DNA from: an uncultured Rhodospirillaceae bacterium
Lineage (GTDB): Bacteria; Pseudomonadota; Alphaproteobacteria; UBA8366
Assembly: GCA_964585785.1 (NCBI GenBank)
Contig: CAZPFL010000005.1
Span: 1-55,856, forward strand
Direction: 5' to 3'
DNA length: 55,856 nucleotides
This document shows, one piece after another, positions 53,230 through 55,856 of this stretch. The notes under the pieces are model-generated. The model saw only the letters and a program-made list of their open reading frames with translations. It was not told the origin of the DNA and ran no database searches. Each line of letters opens with the position of its first letter. Position 1 is the stretch's first letter. Position numbers and translations under genes: made by a program.

Positions 53230-53848
53230 GACCGATTCCTTCCAATTTTAGAATAACACCGGATGGGTCCGTCTCGCTTGGAATTTTTTCCAGCGTCATC
53301 GTCCATCGCTTGCGGGCTTGCGCAATTTCAACGTCCACCCGACGCCCTTTATGAAAGAGGCAAACCGTATTCGGTGTTATATATAATTTGATCCGATCCA
53401 AAAGTAAATCCAAGGATGCGACGGCACGGGCAGTAATTATATCGGGCGGCTGGATTCGATCGGCCAGCCGCTCCAGGCGGTCCGCCAGGATCGTGACCCG
53501 GGTGCCCGTCTCCCGCGCCACCTCCCGCAAAAAGGCGCATTTCCGGCCGTCGGATTCGACCAGCGTCACCCCCTCGACACCGAGAATGGCGAGCACCAGG
53601 CCGGGAAAGCCCGCGCCGCTGCCGACATCGAGCAGGCTGCGCGTCCCCGCCGGAATGAGCGGCAAGAGCTGGGCGGAATCCCAGAAATGCCGGCGCCACG
53701 CGTCGGTGAGGGAATCGGCGCTGACCAGGTTGATCGCCTTTTGCCAGCGCCGCAGGAGCGCGTCATAGCGGCGAAGCCGGCTCAGTGTTTCACGTGAAAC
53801 ATCGCAGCGGACGGCGAAGGCCTCCGCGGTCAGAGGCTCAGCGCTCAA
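53222..53848 (-). CDS. rsmG: 16S rRNA (guanine527-N7) methyltransferase
   Basis: [39 protein letters not shown]; TTG start overlapping the mnmG stop. Confidence 0.94.
   Translation of the reverse strand: MSAEPLTAEAFAVRCDVSRETLSRLRRYDALLRRWQKAINLVSADSLTDAWRRHFWDSAQLLPLIPAGTRSLLDVGSGAGFPGLVLAILGVEGVTLVESDGRKCAFLREVARETGTRVTILADRLERLADRIQPPDIITARAVASLDLLLDRIKLYITPNTVCLFHKGRRVDVEIAQARKRWTMTLEKIPSETDPSGVILKLEGIGRG
53786..53801. other. parS: parS centromere site inside rsmG
   Basis: Perfect palindrome TGTTTCACGTGAAACA. Confidence 0.93.
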
Positions 53849-55721
53849 GGGAGGGCTGGTCGCGCTTGACGTGGCGCAGCAAGGCCAGGAGCGCCGCCGG
53901 CGTGACCCCCGAGATTCGGGACGCGGCGCCGAGGGTTTCCGGCCGCTGGGCCGCGAGCTTTTCCCGCACCTCGGCCGAAAGGCTGCCGACAGCGGCGTAA
54001 TCCAGGTCCGCCGGCAGACGCAGCGCTTCGTCCCGGCGGTAGGCCCGGATATCCGCGTCCTGGCGTTCGATATAGCCGGCGTAGAGCGCATCGATTTCAA
54101 GCTGCTCGCCGACGTCGGGCTCAATTGCGCCAAGCGCCGGCCAGATCGGCGCCAGTTCGTGCAGGCCGATCCCTGGAAACGCCAGGAGCTCGATCGCGCT
54201 TCGGACCACGCCGTCCTGGCTGACCCGGATCCCCTGCGCCGCGAGCTGTTGCGGCGTCGCACGTAAATCGCCCGCCAGGGCACGTGCCGCCTTTAAGGCA
54301 CGGTGCTTTTCCCGCCAGATCCGGCGCCGTCTACTGGAGATGCAGTCAACGGCCTCGCCAATCGGCGTGAGCCGCTGATCCGCATTGTCCGCACGGAGCT
54401 TGAGCCGGTATTCGGCGCGTGAGGTGAACATGCGATAGGGCTCATTCGTCCCCTTGGTCACCAGGTCGTCGATCAGCACGCCGATATAGGCGTCCGCACG
54501 GTCCAAGACCAGCGGCGCCGCATCGCCGGCCGCACGTGCCGCATTCAGACCGGCCATCAGCCCCTGGGCGGCCGCCTCTTCATAGCCCGTGGTACCGTTG
54601 ATCTGCCCGGCGAAATACAGCCCCGGGATACGCCGGGTCTCGAGCGTCGGCTTGAGCTCTCGCGGATCGACGAAATCGTATTCGATGGCGTAGCCCGGGC
54701 GAATCATCGAAGCGCGCTCCAGGCCGGGGATGGTCGCCAGTAGCGCCGCCTGCACATCCCGAGGCAACGAGGTCGAGATCCCGTTCGGATAGACCGTGTG
54801 GTCGTCCAGCCCCTCCGGCTCGAGAAAGATCTGGTGCCGGGTCTTGTCCGCGAAGCGCACCACCTTATCCTCGATCGACGGGCAGTAACGCGGCCCACGG
54901 CCCGCAATTTGACCCGAGAAGACCGGCGCCCGATCGAGATTCTCGCGGATCACCGAATGTCCGGCTTCATTCGTATAGGTGATATGGCACGGGACCTGCG
55001 GGGTTTCGATCCGATCCGTCATATAAGAGAATGGCACCGGCGGCGTATCGCCCGGCTGCTGGTCCAGGCCTTGCCAGTCGATCGTCCGGCCGTCCAGACG
55101 GGGCGGCGTCCCGGTCTTGAGCCGGCTAAGGGTAAAGCCGAAGCGTTCAAGCGTCGCCGAAATCCCATAGGCCGCCGCCTCGCCCACCCGCCCGGCCGGC
55201 ACGCGTTCGGTCCCAATATGAATGAGCCCCCGCAGGAAGGTGCCGGTTGTCAGAACCACCCGCCCCGCGCCCAGGCGCCGGCCATCGCCGGTGACCACCC
55301 CGGTGACGCGGCCATCCGGGGAGAGGGTCAGCTCCTCGACCGATGCCGCCAGGATAGCGAGATTTTCCTGCTCCCGAAGCGCGGCCTGCATAGCCGCCCG
55401 ATAAAGCTTCCGGTCGGCCTGGGCGCGCGGGCCACGCACGGCCGGGCCTTTGCTCCGGTTCAGCATACGGAACTGAATGCCGGCGCGATCGATCACCCGG
55501 CCCATCACGCCGTCCAGCGCATCGATCTCGCGGACGAGATGTCCCTTTGCCAGCCCGCCGATCGCGGGATTGCAGGACATCTCGCCGATGGTCTCCAGCT
55601 TGTGGGTGATCAGCAGGGTCCGGGCGCCGACGCGGGCAGCCGCGGCCGCCGCTTCGCAGCCCGCGTGTCCACCGCCGACGACGATAACGTCCCAGCTTGC
55701 CGTCCCAGCTCCTGCTGTCAT
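53838..55721 (-). CDS. mnmG: tRNA uridine-5-carboxymethylaminomethyl modification enzyme MnmG (GidA)
   Basis: [49 protein letters not shown]. Confidence 0.98.
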   Translation of the reverse strand: MTAGAGTASWDVIVVGGGHAGCEAAAAAARVGARTLLITHKLETIGEMSCNPAIGGLAKGHLVREIDALDGVMGRVIDRAGIQFRMLNRSKGPAVRGPRAQADRKLYRAAMQAALREQENLAILAASVEELTLSPDGRVTGVVTGDGRRLGAGRVVLTTGTFLRGLIHIGTERVPAGRVGEAAAYGISATLERFGFTLSRLKTGTPPRLDGRTIDWQGLDQQPGDTPPVPFSYMTDRIETPQVPCHITYTNEAGHSVIRENLDRAPVFSGQIAGRGPRYCPSIEDKVVRFADKTRHQIFLEPEGLDDHTVYPNGISTSLPRDVQAALLATIPGLERASMIRPGYAIEYDFVDPRELKPTLETRRIPGLYFAGQINGTTGYEEAAAQGLMAGLNAARAAGDAAPLVLDRADAYIGVLIDDLVTKGTNEPYRMFTSRAEYRLKLRADNADQRLTPIGEAVDCISSRRRRIWREKHRALKAARALAGDLRATPQQLAAQGIRVSQDGVVRSAIELLAFPGIGLHELAPIWPALGAIEPDVGEQLEIDALYAGYIERQDADIRAYRRDEALRLPADLDYAAVGSLSAEVREKLAAQRPETLGAASRISGVTPAALLALLRHVKRDQPSLER

Positions 55722-55793
55722 GGCGCGGAATTTAGGGTCGCGGCCCCCGGAAGTCAAAGGACGGACGCGGCAGCCGGGTCATCGTGGATCGAG

Positions 55794-55809
55794 CGTTTCA
55801 CGTGAAACA
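55794..55809. other. parS: parS centromere site upstream of mnmG
   Basis: CGTTTCACGTGAAACA (15/16 match to the perfect palindrome). Confidence 0.92.
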
Positions 55810-55856
55810 TCGCCCGATGCCGTTCTGCTCCCCGACTCCTACTTCCCGATGCAGAA

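Noticed and set aside
52800-55856. oriC within the window
   Set aside because: No cluster of DnaA boxes (TTATCCACA) seen; only parS sites

Overview
High-GC alphaproteobacterial (Rhodospirillales-like) chromosome segment close to the replication origin. The backbone is cnoX-lonN-trm112-DUF971-ubiH, glnK-amtB-glnK, ftsK-lolA...xth, cenR, L,D-transpeptidase-yggS-porin-DUF3576-leuS-lptE-holA and mnmG-rsmG-parA-parB with two parS palindromes, plus tRNA-Gly(GCC). Two accessory clusters flank cenR. (1) A ~19 kb locus (17.1-35.8 kb) combines a candidate complete cyclic-nucleotide circuit (membrane class III cyclase, MBL-fold putative phosphodiesterase, stand-alone cNMP-binding protein) with an ABC exporter whose ATPase domain is degenerate and expanded, four glycosyltransferases, a histidine phosphatase, a methyltransferase and a family-5 ABC importer; its divergent promoter holds a perfect CtrA-type box. 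This is the best candidate for an undescribed system. (2) A PTPS-IV (FGPAQ)/RibD/dehydrogenase/GT4/methyltransferase/CDP-alcohol transferase cluster of unknown product (38-43 kb). Other notable signals are a CtrA box before a PleC/DivJ-like kinase and a sigma54 promoter with ftr-like repeats before an uncharacterised protein. No integrase, transposase or CRISPR array was seen. All calls come from motif recognition by eye; no database searches were run.
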